Shown piece after piece: positions 1 through 9,802 of a DNA stretch of 64,000 nucleotides. The translations under genes were made by a program, and so were the position numbers. The notes beneath the pieces are model-generated. The model saw nothing but the letters and a program-made list of their open reading frames with translations, was not told the origin of the DNA and searched no databases. The DNA comes from Longimicrobiales bacterium. GTDB lineage: Bacteria > Gemmatimonadota > Gemmatimonadetes > Longimicrobiales > Gaopeijiaceae. The first letter of the stretch is position 1. Each line of letters begins with the position of its first letter. The stretch lies in the NCBI GenBank assembly GCA_965197725.1, contig CBDANQ010000060.1:96001-160000 (forward strand). Reading direction: 5' to 3'.

Positions 1-1585
1 TCTCAGTCGAATGATGATCGCCATCTACCGACCCCTCGTCCGCGGTGTTCTGCGCCACAGGTGGCCGACGCTCGGCGTGGCGTCGCTGATTCTGATGGTG
101 ACCCTCTGGCCATGGACTCGATTGGGCAGTGAGTTCATGCCGCCACTCAACGAGGGGTCCATCATGGACATGCCGTCTTTTCAACCATCGATCGGGACGG
201 CACAGGCGAAGGCGATTCTTCAGCAGCGCGATGCCGCCATAGCCGCGATCCCGGAAGTGGCTTCGGTGTTGGGCAAGGTCGGACGAGCCGAGAGCGCCAC
301 GGACATGGCACCCATGGCCATGCTCGAGTCCATCGCGATCCTGAAGCTGGAAGAGGAGTGGCGGGAAGGAGTCACATACGACTCGCTCGTCGCCGAAATG
401 AACGCCCGCGTGCGCACGCCCGGTGTCGCGAATATGTGGTCGATGCCGATCAAGAATCGATTGGACATGTTGGCGACGGGCATCAAGACGCCCGTCGGGA
501 TCAAGATCTTCGGTCCCGACCTGGCCGTGTTGGACGAGCTCGGCAGGACCATCGAAGAGCTTCTTCCGCGGGTCCGAGGAACAAGTTCCGTCTTTGCTGA
601 GCGCACGCTCGGCGGTCGGTATCTCGACGTGACGGTCAACCGAGAAGCGTCAGCACGACATGGAGTCACGTCCCGTGCTGTCCAGGTCGCGCTCCAGGGC
701 GCCGTCGGAGGAATGCCCGCCGGCGAAGTCATCGAGGGTCGAGAGCGATACGGAGTTCTGGTTCGATATCCTCGCGACTTTCGGGATGACCCCAGACGGA
801 TTCAAGATGTTCTCGTCGCCACGCCCACCGGAGCCCAGGTCGCCCTCGGCGAAATCGCGCATATCAAGCCCGTACAGGGTGCCCCAATCATCAAGTCCGA
901 GAACGCCAACCTCAACAGCATCGTGTACATCGACATTCGTGGGCGAGACATCGGGGGGTACGTTCAGGAGGCCAGGGCGCTACTCGAGAGGGAGTTGGAC
1001 CTCCCGAACGGCTACACGTTGGTTTGGTCGGGACAGTTCGAGGCACTCGAGCGCGCCAAAGAACGCCTCGCCTATATGGTGCCGATCACAGTCAGCATCA
1101 TCTTCCTGTTGCTCTATCTGCAGTTCGGCACCGTAGTCGAGGCGAGCCTCATCATGCTGTCACTGCCGTTTTCCTTGGTGGGCGGCGTGTGGATCATGTG
1201 GGCCCTCGGATACAACATGAGTGTCGCAACCGCGATCGGGTTCATCGCCCTCGCTGGCGTGGCCGCCGAGACGGGCGTGATCATGCTCATCTACCTCGAT
1301 CAGGCGCACGTCGACAGCAAAAAGGTCGGGACGCTACTGGGCCGAGCGGATGTGGACGCAGCGGTGGAGTTCGGGGCCGTGGAACGTGTCCGACCCTTGA
1401 TGATGACCGTCACCGCGATCATTGCGGGCCTCCTCCCGATCCTCTGGGCACACGGGGCAGGCGCGGACGTCATGAAGCGGATCGCCGCGCCCATGGTGGG
1501 CAGGATGGTATCTGCGACGATCCTCACTTTGTTGGTGATCCCGGTGGTCTATTCACTCTGGCGGGAGTGGGAAGTGAGTGAATGA
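1..1585 (+). CDS. cusA: CusA/CzcA-family heavy-metal efflux RND permease, C-terminal part (gene begins upstream of the window)
   Basis: Motifs GSEFMPPLNEGS, GKVGRAESATD, PIKNRLDMLATGIKTPVGIK, GFIALAGVAAETGV, MKRIAAPMVG; frame is open back to the window start. Confidence 0.9.
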   Translation, partial: LSRMMIAIYRPLVRGVLRHRWPTLGVASLILMVTLWPWTRLGSEFMPPLNEGSIMDMPSFQPSIGTAQAKAILQQRDAAIAAIPEVASVLGKVGRAESATDMAPMAMLESIAILKLEEEWREGVTYDSLVAEMNARVRTPGVANMWSMPIKNRLDMLATGIKTPVGIKIFGPDLAVLDELGRTIEELLPRVRGTSSVFAERTLGGRYLDVTVNREASARHGVTSRAVQVALQGAVGGMPAGEVIEGRERYGVLVRYPRDFRDDPRRIQDVLVATPTGAQVALGEIAHIKPVQGAPIIKSENANLNSIVYIDIRGRDIGGYVQEARALLERELDLPNGYTLVWSGQFEALERAKERLAYMVPITVSIIFLLLYLQFGTVVEASLIMLSLPFSLVGGVWIMWALGYNMSVATAIGFIALAGVAAETGVIMLIYLDQAHVDSKKVGTLLGRADVDAAVEFGAVERVRPLMMTVTAIIAGLLPILWAHGAGADVMKRIAAPMVGRMVSATILTLLVIPVVYSLWREWEVSE

Positions 1586-1980
1586 CGGTACTGGCGGGAG
1601 ATCACGTCAGGTCAACGTGCGTCTCGGACCCGTCCTGTCGGTTGAACGCCGCAGATGACGACTTTCAAGAATCGCGAAAGCGGCAAATCGCGCAATCCAT
1701 CTAGGTTTTCTGATGTCTTGCCGTGATTCCGACCCCTACTCGGGCGGTGATAAGAGTGAGGTCGGACCTCAGGCGCACGTACCGTGCACGCGTTGCGCAA
1801 CAGCCAGCGTCCGACCCGCCCTGCGGTGGCTCCTGGATCGCCGGTCTTGTGCTCGGTCAGCACAGGACCGCCATTGTCGGAGTTCCGGTAGAGCACCTGC
1901 TTTGAGAACGCCTGGCTGGTCCAAAGACTCGGATTGCCCAGGCCCCATCTTTTGAACGCAGCCCTGGAGGGCGACAACCC

Positions 1981-3024
1981 ATGAGTCATGCAAGGCTCTT
2001 CCCGACGATTCTCCTTCTGCTCACGACCCTCCCGGTGTCGGCCCAGGAGCGCGGCAGAGTCCACGAGCTGAATGCATCGGCGGCGACGACGCACATCAGT
2101 TTCTTCGATGCCGCGCTCGAACCGGTGCTACGAATCGAATCCGGAGACGTGGTCCGACTCTCGACGGCCAGCATCAGTCCGGGCTGGCTCCAGAACCAGG
2201 GCGTCGAGCCGGAGCGCATCCCGGAAGAGCTGTTTCGCGCATATGACGGGGAGATGCGACTGAGACAGCCCCGCCCGGGCCCTTTCACCGGCCGCGGCGA
2301 CCATACGCTCACCGGCCCGATCTACGTCGAAGGCGCAGAACCGGGCGACATGCTGGAAGTCCGGATCCTTTCGGTCGACCTGTGGCTGCCCGTGGCGGGA
2401 CAGAGCACGAGGGCCAACCTCTACCCGGACGGGTTTGCGACGAATCGCCAGTTCGTGCACTGGATCGACCTGGAGAGCCGCACGGTCGAATACGCACCAG
2501 GCGTCGTAGTCCCTCTGGAGCCTTTCTGGGGCGTGATCGGAGTGGGCCCGCCACCCGCGATGGGCCGGGTCGGCAGCGGTGCCCCGAATGTCTTCGGGGG
2601 TAACATGGACAACCGGGACCTGGGAGCGGGAAGCACGCTGTACCTGCCCGTGTTCAACGAGGGCGCTCTGCTCTCGATCGGAGACGGCCACGGCACGCAG
2701 GGGTACGGCGAGGTGTCGGGTTCCGCGGTGGAGACGGCGCTCAAGGGTCAGATCCAGGTCATCCTGCACAAGGATCAGAGCCTGCGGTTGCCGCGAGCGG
2801 AGACACCGACCCACTACATGACGATGGGGCTCGACCGCGACCTCGATCAGGCCGCACTGATCGCAACGACGGAGATGATCGACTTTCTGGTCGCGACACA
2901 TGGCTTGGATCGCGAAACAGCCATGGCACTGTCGAGCGTCGCAATGGATCTGGTGGTGACCCAGATCGTGGACGGAACCAAAGGCATTCACGCGATGATC
3001 CCAAAATCGATCTTCGAACGATGA
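1981..3024 (+). CDS. Acetamidase/formamidase family protein with Sec signal peptide
   Basis: HTLTGPIYVEGAEPGD, GGNMDN, GDGHGTQGYGEVSGSAVE, TQIVDGTKGIHAMIPK; hydrophobic N-terminus ending VSA-Q; GGAGG RBS. Confidence 0.9.
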   Translation: MSHARLFPTILLLLTTLPVSAQERGRVHELNASAATTHISFFDAALEPVLRIESGDVVRLSTASISPGWLQNQGVEPERIPEELFRAYDGEMRLRQPRPGPFTGRGDHTLTGPIYVEGAEPGDMLEVRILSVDLWLPVAGQSTRANLYPDGFATNRQFVHWIDLESRTVEYAPGVVVPLEPFWGVIGVGPPPAMGRVGSGAPNVFGGNMDNRDLGAGSTLYLPVFNEGALLSIGDGHGTQGYGEVSGSAVETALKGQIQVILHKDQSLRLPRAETPTHYMTMGLDRDLDQAALIATTEMIDFLVATHGLDRETAMALSSVAMDLVVTQIVDGTKGIHAMIPKSIFER

Positions 3025-3517
3025 CTGTGAACGAGGAGTTCGAGAGGTGATCGACGTGGCGCGAGAACACGTACCCAAAGGACAGGGACAATGAGAGTCA
3101 TACGACGGATTCGGTGTTGCGTCTTCCTCGCGGCCGCGCTACCGCTGGCTCCCCGACGGTATCGACCGTGCATCGTACACGCAGTGGGAGGTCCTCTTCA
3201 CTCTTCACTACGCCAAGCGCCTTTCCATCTATCGGGCTAACGACCAGTACGATCCTGACCGGCCCGCCGCAGAGGTTCCAGATGAGCTTCAAGAGCGATT
3301 CGCCACCTACTTGTTCCAGGAGCGGGGCCTAGACCGCTCAGACTTTTCGACCGTGGACCAACTGGGTCGGCTAGTGCTTCGCGAGGACTGGCACAAGGCA
3401 CTCGGGACTCGAGGGCAGTCCCTTGAAGGCTGGCAGGGACTGTGGGTTGAGGATCGCTACTTCGCTTGGAGTGGCCCCGGCTTGCACGGCCTTGAGGACC
3501 GTTCAAGTGTGCCGCCG

Positions 3518-4051
3518 TCACCGGCCCTTCTGGCGGGGCTCGAGGAATCGGGGATACGCAAGTCGTTCGGCAACCAGGGTGACGTCGAGTCGCTCCCTCA
3601 GACGTTCGAGGAGCTGAGTCAAGGTCCGCGCCTCTTCGCTCGTGAGGGCCTGGGCCGTCCGTCGGTTCATCGCGTCAAGCGGCTCATCCATCTCGGCGAG
3701 CAGGCTCAGTCCCTCGTCCGTAATCTCGATATCGACTCGCCGCCGGTCTTCCTCGTTCGGCTGTCGGCTCACCAACCCCCGCTTGCGGAGCTTCTCCACG
3801 AGGCGGGTCGCGTTCGCGGTTCGGTTCAGCATCCGCTCTTGGACATCGCACAGGTGGTACGTGCCCGACGTGCCCGCGCGATTGCCGCGAAGGATCCTCA
3901 GGATGTTGTACTGCTCGTTCGAGATGTCGAAGCGCTTGAGCTGTTCATGGTAAACCCGATACAGCCAGTGGCTGGTGAAGTGCAGGTTCAGCACGGCTTC
4001 TGTGTGCGCGTCCGGGAACTCCGCCTGTTTGATCTCATCGGCAAGCTTCAC
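3518..4051 (-). CDS. MarR family transcriptional regulator
   Basis: EQYNILRILRG, NATRLVEKLRKRGLV, DRRRVDIEITDEG winged-helix motifs; divergent from the NmrA-family gene. Confidence 0.9.
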   Translation of the reverse strand: MKLADEIKQAEFPDAHTEAVLNLHFTSHWLYRVYHEQLKRFDISNEQYNILRILRGNRAGTSGTYHLCDVQERMLNRTANATRLVEKLRKRGLVSRQPNEEDRRRVDIEITDEGLSLLAEMDEPLDAMNRRTAQALTSEEARTLTQLLERLRERLDVTLVAERLAYPRFLEPRQKGR

Positions 4052-4105
4052 GGCATCACCAGGTCGTCAGGATCACTTGACAATCGTCGAGCGCACGATG
4101 AGTGT

Positions 4106-4124
4106 GTATTCACTTAATGAATAC
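4106..4124. promoter_or_regulatory. Inverted repeat GTATTCA-N5-TGAATAC, candidate MarR operator
   Basis: AT-rich 7-5-7 palindrome between the divergent marR and nmrA-like genes. Confidence 0.55.
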
Positions 4125-4201
4125 TCGTAATATCTTGAGCGTGGGTCAAGCGCGGTCACTCGTGGCCTTCGCCTTCGAGCCCACTACATGGAGGTCGAAT
4201 C

Positions 4202-5068
4202 ATGCCTGACAGCAGACTGGTCTTGGTGGCCGGGGCCACGGGGCAACAGGGGGGCTCGGTGGCACGCCGACTCCTCGAGGGCAGATTCAGAGTCCGCGGA
4301 GTCACGCGCAACGTCGACTCCGATGCCGCGAAGGAACTCACGGCGATGGGCGCGGAGATCGTGCGCGCGGAGTTCACCGACCCGGAGTCCCTCGATGCGG
4401 CGCTCGAGGGTGTGGATGCGGTCTTTGCGGTGACCACGCCGTTCGAGGCGGGCGTCGATGCCGAGACCGCCCAGGGTGTGGCGCTTGTCGACGCTGCCGC
4501 CGCCGCGGGGGTGGATCACTTCGTATACAGCTCAGTCGCCTCGGCGGACAAAGCAACCGGAGTCCCCCATTTCAAAAGCAAGTATCGGGTCGAGGAGCAT
4601 CTCGCCGCGAGCGATCTCCGTTGGTCCGTCGTCGCTCCGGTGTACTTCATGGGCAACCTGTTCTTCCCGGACATGCTCGACGGACTCAAGGAAGGCGCGT
4701 ACGCAATCGCGCTCCCCGCTGATCTTTCGCTACAGCAGATCGCCGCCGAGGACATAGGCGCGTTCGTCGCCCATGTGCTGGCCAATGCGGACGAGTTTGC
4801 TAGAACGCGCATCGACATCGCGGGCGACGAACTCTCTTCGCAGAAGTCGGCGGACGTGCTGGCCGACATCCTGGGCAAGCCGATCTCAGTCGTTGCACTA
4901 CCGATCGATGGGATTCGGTCCTTCAGCGAGGACCTCGCCCTCATGTACGAGTGGTTCGTCAGCACCGGATACGTGGCGGACGTCGAGGGACTCCGCTCGT
5001 CCTATCCTGAGATAGGCTGGACCCGGTTCGCTGAGTGGGCGACACGGATTCCGGCCGCTCTCGTTTGA
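4202..5068 (+). CDS. NmrA/HSCARG family NAD(P)-binding protein
   Basis: VAGATGQQGGSVA Rossmann motif, FVYSSV, GVPHFKSK; GGAGG RBS. Confidence 0.9.
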   Translation: MPDSRLVLVAGATGQQGGSVARRLLEGRFRVRGVTRNVDSDAAKELTAMGAEIVRAEFTDPESLDAALEGVDAVFAVTTPFEAGVDAETAQGVALVDAAAAAGVDHFVYSSVASADKATGVPHFKSKYRVEEHLAASDLRWSVVAPVYFMGNLFFPDMLDGLKEGAYAIALPADLSLQQIAAEDIGAFVAHVLANADEFARTRIDIAGDELSSQKSADVLADILGKPISVVALPIDGIRSFSEDLALMYEWFVSTGYVADVEGLRSSYPEIGWTRFAEWATRIPAALV

Positions 5069-5132
5069 TCGCGACCCGATAGGCGGTCGCGCGGGGCACC
5101 CTTTGTCACATCATCCGAACCTGGGGGTCACG

Positions 5133-6482
5133 ATGCCTACCGTTAATGCCGAGGTCGAGCAGTTCATGGGAGGGCTCGTCAAGCGCAATCCGGGGGAGCC
5201 GGAGTTCCATCAGGCCGTCCAGGAGTTCGTCGAGACGGTGATGCCGGCCTACTTGAACCACCCCGCGTACATGAAGGCGCAGATCCTCGAGCGGATGACC
5301 GAGCCGGACCGGATCATCACGTTCCGGGTCTCGTGGGAAGATGACGAAGGCAACATTCGCGCGAACCGAGCCTGGCGCGTGCAGTTCAACAACTCGATCG
5401 GTCCGTACAAGGGCGGAATGCGGTTCCATCCAACTGTGACGCAGTCGGTATTGAAGTTCCTGGGTTTCGAGCAGTGCTTCAAGAACGCTCTCACGACCCT
5501 GCCGATGGGCGGTGGCAAGGGAGGTTCGAACTTCAACCCGAAGGGGAAGTCCGACCGCGAGGTGATGCGATTCTGCCAATCCCTCATGATCGAGTTACAC
5601 CGACACATCGGCGAGGACACGGACGTGCCGGCCGGGGACATCGGCGTCGGGGCCCGAGAGATCAGCTACATGTTCGGTATGTACAAGCGTTTGGAGAACA
5701 GGTTCGTAGGCACGCTCACCGGCAAGGGCCTCACCTTCGGCGGCAGCCTTGTCCGCACCGAAGCCACCGGCTACGGCACGGTGTATTTTATTGAGCAGAT
5801 GCTCGAGCACAGGGGCGAAAGCCTGCGCGACAAGACCGTCGCGATCTCAGGTTCCGGCAACGTGGCCATCTATGCCGCGCACAAGTCGTTTGAGTTGGGC
5901 GCCAAGGTTGTAACACTGTCCGACTCAAGTGGCACGATCTACGATCCCGACGGCATCGACGAGGAGAAGCTGTCGTACGTCAGGGACCTGAAAGAGGTGC
6001 GGCGCGGGCGCATCGCCGAGTACGCCGACCGTTTCGGCTGCGAGTTCCGCGATGGGCAACGGCCTTGGGGAGTGTCCTGCGACGTGGCGATCCCGTGCGC
6101 GACTCAGAACGAACTCGACATCGGCGATGCGAAGACGCTGCTGAACAACGGCTGTTCCGTCGTGGCAGAGGGCGCCAACATGCCAAGCACTCTGGACGCC
6201 GCGCACCAGTTCCTGGACGCCAAGATACTGTACGCACCGTCAAAGGCCGCCAACGCCGGCGGCGTGGCGGTGTCCGGTCTCGAGCAGTCCCAGAACGCTC
6301 TGCGCATCTCCTGGAGCCGCGAAGAAGTCGACTCGCGCCTGAGCGACATCATGAAGAACATCCACGAGCAATGTGTGGCGCACGGTGCCGAAGAGGCCGG
6401 CCACGTGAACTACGTGAAAGGTTCGAACGTCGCGGGCTTCGTCAAGATCGCCGAAGCGATGCTCGCGTATGGAGTCGTCTGA
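5133..6482 (+). CDS. gdhA: NADP-specific glutamate dehydrogenase
   Basis: GPYKGGMRFHP, PMGGGKGGS, DVPAGDIGVG, RTEATGYG, SGSGNVA, KAANAGGVAVSGLE; ATG at 5133 chosen as start. Confidence 0.96.
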   Translation: MPTVNAEVEQFMGGLVKRNPGEPEFHQAVQEFVETVMPAYLNHPAYMKAQILERMTEPDRIITFRVSWEDDEGNIRANRAWRVQFNNSIGPYKGGMRFHPTVTQSVLKFLGFEQCFKNALTTLPMGGGKGGSNFNPKGKSDREVMRFCQSLMIELHRHIGEDTDVPAGDIGVGAREISYMFGMYKRLENRFVGTLTGKGLTFGGSLVRTEATGYGTVYFIEQMLEHRGESLRDKTVAISGSGNVAIYAAHKSFELGAKVVTLSDSSGTIYDPDGIDEEKLSYVRDLKEVRRGRIAEYADRFGCEFRDGQRPWGVSCDVAIPCATQNELDIGDAKTLLNNGCSVVAEGANMPSTLDAAHQFLDAKILYAPSKAANAGGVAVSGLEQSQNALRISWSREEVDSRLSDIMKNIHEQCVAHGAEEAGHVNYVKGSNVAGFVKIAEAMLAYGVV

Positions 6483-6589
6483 CAGCACCATGAAAGCCTC
6501 CGAACTGTTCGTGGGTAGCGATATCTCACCGCCGTCGCTCGGGACTTCCGACGGCTACCCTCGGCTCGGCCACGAGGACTACCCACGAC

Positions 6590-6676
6590 TTCGCAACGGT
6601 TCGCAACGACACGCTGGACGGCTTCGCAACGGACCGTGCCGTTGCGAGTTCGGTCATTCGCTACGGGTTCGCAACG
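6590..6676. repeat. Cluster of TTCGCAACG 9-mers
   Basis: Exact copies at 6590, 6600, 6623 and 6668, a one-mismatch copy at 6657, and an inverted 8-mer at 6640-6647. Confidence 0.75.
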
Positions 6677-6739
6677 CGAATCCCGCTGCAAACCAGCACG
6701 AAGGCGCTACGAGCGCCCATGCACAGGCCGGGGGGGGGG

Positions 6740-6848
6740 GAGCCGTCCGCAGGGCTGAGCCGTGGTCGCGTGGAGGTCGCGCCCCAGATCTCGGTCGAGC
6801 CCAGCATCTTCTTCAACTGGATCGACCTGGCCCAGGGTGTTTTCAAGG
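6740..6848 (+). pseudogene. Short internal fragment of a fourth DUF5916-type gene
   Basis: GRVEVAPQISVEPSIFFNWIDLAQGVF aligns with ARIEVLPQLSVEPNVSFNWVDLPQGDF of the 54018-56366 protein. Confidence 0.8.
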
Positions 6849-6849
6849 T

Positions 6850-6893
6850 GCCTTACAATCAGGGGGTCGCTGGTTCGAGTCCGGCAGCGCCCA
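6850..6893 (+). pseudogene. 3' half of a tRNA gene (att-like remnant; isotype uncertain, Val-TAC-like loop)
   Basis: CTTACAA loop, GGGGTC variable region, T-arm GCTGG-TTCGAGT-CCGGC, acceptor strand AGCGCCC-A; no D-arm, no 5' acceptor strand, no CCA. Confidence 0.7.
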
Positions 6894-6912
6894 CTTCAAG
6901 AATAGGCGTACA

Positions 6913-6990
6913 TATCGGATCGGGCACCCTCGGAGCCACCACTTTTCTTTTCCCCTCTCAGGGACCTTCAACTACGGCTGGGTCAGCTTC
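6913..6990 (-). mobile_element. Orphan left end (about 78 bp) of IS256 isoform B
   Basis: Reverse complement is almost identical to the element start at 38470 (GAAGCTGACCCAGCCGTAGTTGAAGG...). Confidence 0.9.
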
Positions 6991-7081
6991 CCGTAGCTTC
7001 ACTCGGTCGGACACCGGCGTGTAGGCGGCCAAGTGCGAGATCAACGTGGTGCTTCCAGGCATTGACGAATAGGCAACAGCT

Positions 7082-7981
7082 ATGAATATGCGAACCAGAC
7101 TTGTCCTCCCACTGGTGTTGACACTCGCCATCGGGCTGTCAGCCCCGATCGCCGCCCAAGAAGCCACCGAGTACGGCCCGGCGAACGGCACGCTTGTCAT
7201 TGTCGGCGGTGGATCGATGGCGGGAACGGGCATCATGGAGAAGTTCATCGAGCTGGGAGGCGGTGCCGAAGAGGGCCGCTTCGTCGTCGTGCCCACCGCC
7301 GGTGGCAACTACGACCAGGAGGATAAGCTCCGAGTCTTCGACGAGGATCGGATCCTGAGTTCGTGGCGCGAGCGCGGTGTGGTGAACGTTTCGATGCTGC
7401 ATACGCACGATTCCCAGCTCGCCGACACTGAGGCGTTTGTGGCGGACCTCGCGCAGGCGACGGCGGTGTGGTTCAACGGAGGTCGTCAGTGGAACATCGT
7501 CGACTCGTATGCGGGCACACGCACCTACGACCTCTTCCACGCGGTGCTCGAGCGCGGAGGCGTGATCGGCGGAAGCTCAGCTGGTGCTACGATCCAGGGT
7601 GAGTACCTCGTCCGCGGCGCTACCGAAGGCCCACAGATCGTCATGACCGACGAAGATAATCATCAGCTCGGCTTCGAGTTCCTGCGCAAATCGGCGATCG
7701 ATCAGCACATCAACACACGCAACCGCTGGGACGACATCATCCCGGTCATCGAGCAGCAACCGCATCTGCTCGGCATCGGCCTCTCCGAGGGCACGGCGAT
7801 CATCGTCACCGGCGACACATTCGAGGTGATGGGAGAATGGAGGGTCGCGGTGCACGACAACACGCGCACGTACCAGCCCTGGCAGAAGCCGTACTTCGTG
7901 CTGGCGCCCGGCGACGCCTACGACATGAAGGCGCGTCGGGTCGTGAAGCTCGGGGATGGCACTACGCCGAAGAGGCGCTAG
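7082..7981 (+). CDS. Cyanophycinase (peptidase S51) with signal peptide
   Basis: LVIVGGG, WFNGGRQW, GGSSAGA nucleophile motif, IDQH, GIGLSEGTA; signal peptide ending IAA-Q. Confidence 0.88.
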   Translation: MNMRTRLVLPLVLTLAIGLSAPIAAQEATEYGPANGTLVIVGGGSMAGTGIMEKFIELGGGAEEGRFVVVPTAGGNYDQEDKLRVFDEDRILSSWRERGVVNVSMLHTHDSQLADTEAFVADLAQATAVWFNGGRQWNIVDSYAGTRTYDLFHAVLERGGVIGGSSAGATIQGEYLVRGATEGPQIVMTDEDNHQLGFEFLRKSAIDQHINTRNRWDDIIPVIEQQPHLLGIGLSEGTAIIVTGDTFEVMGEWRVAVHDNTRTYQPWQKPYFVLAPGDAYDMKARRVVKLGDGTTPKRR

Positions 7982-7995
7982 AGTCCAGGAGTACG

Positions 7996-8174
7996 AAGCA
8001 ACTGCGTCCCTTTCTGCAAAACAACCCGGACACCGCCAGTGCCGTCCTCCGGATCTTCATCCGTACCGTCCGAACGACCCTGTGCCGCACGACCCCTGGC
8101 GCGTCCCGCGACGCTCAGCTAGGGCGATCACCTTCCTTCATCGTTTCGACTCATCTCTGAACGCTCACTTCCAC
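7996..8174 (+). pseudogene. IS91-family (HUH) transposase fragment, frameshifted
   Basis: KQLRPFL...AVLRIFIR...AQLG followed in another frame by AITFLHRFDSSLNAHFH, resembling the IS91 (I/L)(Q/H)RFGSxLNxHxH motif. Confidence 0.7.
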
Positions 8175-8380
8175 AGTGCCTCGACCGGATAATCATGCTC
8201 GGTGAGCAGCACTTGCGGCGGGCGGTTGCCAGCCACGTGGAGCATCATCACGTGGAGCGCTGCCACCAAGGCATCGGCAACCGACTGATCGAGGAGGTTC
8301 CAGAACTCGCCTCAGGGCCGGTCGCCCGACAGGAACGGCTGGGAGGAATCCGCAGCCACTACTACCGCGAAGCCGCTTGA
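8174..8380 (+). pseudogene. C-terminal fragment of an rve integrase-core (DDE) transposase
   Basis: CLDRIIMLGEQHLRRAV..H.ERCHQGIGNRLI...ERLGG...YYREAA is the typical C-terminus of this family; no N-terminus present. Confidence 0.75.
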
Positions 8381-8521
8381 TGGGTCGATCGAATATTGGA
8401 ACAGGACGGGGGAGGGGCGCCAGCCGGCCGAGCTGGAGTCTGCCTGGCACGGGCTCAAGTTGACGTTACGCTCGCCAGGGAGGTAGGCTGGCAGCATCAT
8501 CGTAAGCCCAGGGAGGATCCA

Positions 8522-9802
8522 ATGAGCCACGCGTCCATGAAGCGCCGCGACTTCGCTCGTCTCTTCGCCCTCGGCGGCTCCGCCGCCCTGCTCGGACACC
8601 CGAGCTTAGAAGACTTCCGGCCCGGCCCGCTCTCCAACTCCTTCCTTCGTCCCAGGGCCGTGGATTGGAACGACGTTCGGGCCCAGTTCCTGATGCCGCC
8701 GGACGTGTCGGTCCTGAACGCCGCGAACCTGTGTCCGTCCCCGGCCCGGGTTCTGGAGACGGTCGTCGAGTACACGGAGCGGCTGAACCGCGAGCCCGTG
8801 CCGAGCTACCGGAGCGAGATTGGCGGTTCGAAAGAGCGGACCCGGGAGCTGCTCGCCGATTTCCTACGTGTGACTCCGGAGGAGATCCTCATCACACGCA
8901 ACACGAGTGAAAGCAACAACTGGATATCCAACGGGCTCGACCTCGGTCCTGGCGACGAGGTCCTGATCTTCTCGGACAACCACCCGAGCAACAACGCGGC
9001 CTGGAAGGCGAAGGGAGAACGGTACGGATACACCGTCAAGGAGGTCGCACAGGTCAACCCGCATCCCGGCTTCGAGTACTACGTCGAGGCGTTCGAGCGC
9101 GCCATCACCCGGAACACGAGGGTGATCACGTTCATGCACTTGAGTAACACAGCGGGAGACCTCTTCCCCGCCAAGGAGCTCTGCGCGCTGGCCCGAGACC
9201 GCGAGATCATCTCTATGATCGACGGCGCGCAGTCGTTCGGCCTGATGGATGTCGACCTGTCCGAGATCCAGCCGGACTTTTACACGGGCAGCGCGCACAA
9301 GTGGCCGTGCGGCCCGAAGGAGACCGGAGTCCTGTTTGTGAACGCGCGTGTCCAGGATCGCTTCTGGCCCTCGAGCTACAGCGCCTACCCGGGGAGAACA
9401 GGCATCTCGCGCACGCACGAGGGAATGGGCCAGCGCGACACACCGGCGCTTTATGCCTTCGGCACGCAGATCGAATTCCTGCAGTCGATCGGTCAAGGCG
9501 AGATCGAAGCGCGCAGCCGCGAGTTGGCGAACCAGCTCATCGAAGGCCTCAACGCCATCGACGGGGTGCACATGTGGACCCCGGCCGAACCGGAGCTGCG
9601 AGCGGCCGTCGTCACCTTCCGCCCTGGAGAGCTCGACCCCCGTCAGGTACTCGGGGCGCTCGAGGAAGACGGCATCGTGGCCGCCTCCCGGGGTGGGTCC
9701 GACCGCGGCGGGATCCGCTTCTCGCCCCACTTCTACAACATGGAGGTGGACATCGAGCGCGGGATCGACGCCATCGGCCGCTATATGCGCCGCGGCCTGT
9801 AG
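8522..9802 (+). CDS. Class V PLP-dependent aminotransferase (isopenicillin N epimerase / cysteine desulfurase-like) with Tat signal
   Basis: MKRRDF twin-arginine leader, TRNTSE, DGAQSFG, GSAHKW (PLP lysine), IRFSPHFYN; GGAGG RBS. Confidence 0.88.
   Translation: MSHASMKRRDFARLFALGGSAALLGHPSLEDFRPGPLSNSFLRPRAVDWNDVRAQFLMPPDVSVLNAANLCPSPARVLETVVEYTERLNREPVPSYRSEIGGSKERTRELLADFLRVTPEEILITRNTSESNNWISNGLDLGPGDEVLIFSDNHPSNNAAWKAKGERYGYTVKEVAQVNPHPGFEYYVEAFERAITRNTRVITFMHLSNTAGDLFPAKELCALARDREIISMIDGAQSFGLMDVDLSEIQPDFYTGSAHKWPCGPKETGVLFVNARVQDRFWPSSYSAYPGRTGISRTHEGMGQRDTPALYAFGTQIEFLQSIGQGEIEARSRELANQLIEGLNAIDGVHMWTPAEPELRAAVVTFRPGELDPRQVLGALEEDGIVAASRGGSDRGGIRFSPHFYNMEVDIERGIDAIGRYMRRGL

Noticed and set aside
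1586..1980. Short ORFs between cusA and the acetamidase gene
   Set aside because: No motifs, convincing RBS or coding-like composition.
3091..3517. Possible degraded secreted-protein gene
   Set aside because: Signal-like start and a coding-like second frame, but no recognisable family to support a call.
6590..6676. CRISPR array or iterons
   Set aside because: Repeats are 9 bp with irregular short spacing; no cas or rep genes nearby.
6850..6893. Functional tRNA gene
   Set aside because: Only the 3' half is present; the upstream DNA is protein-coding remnant and cannot form a D-arm or acceptor stem.
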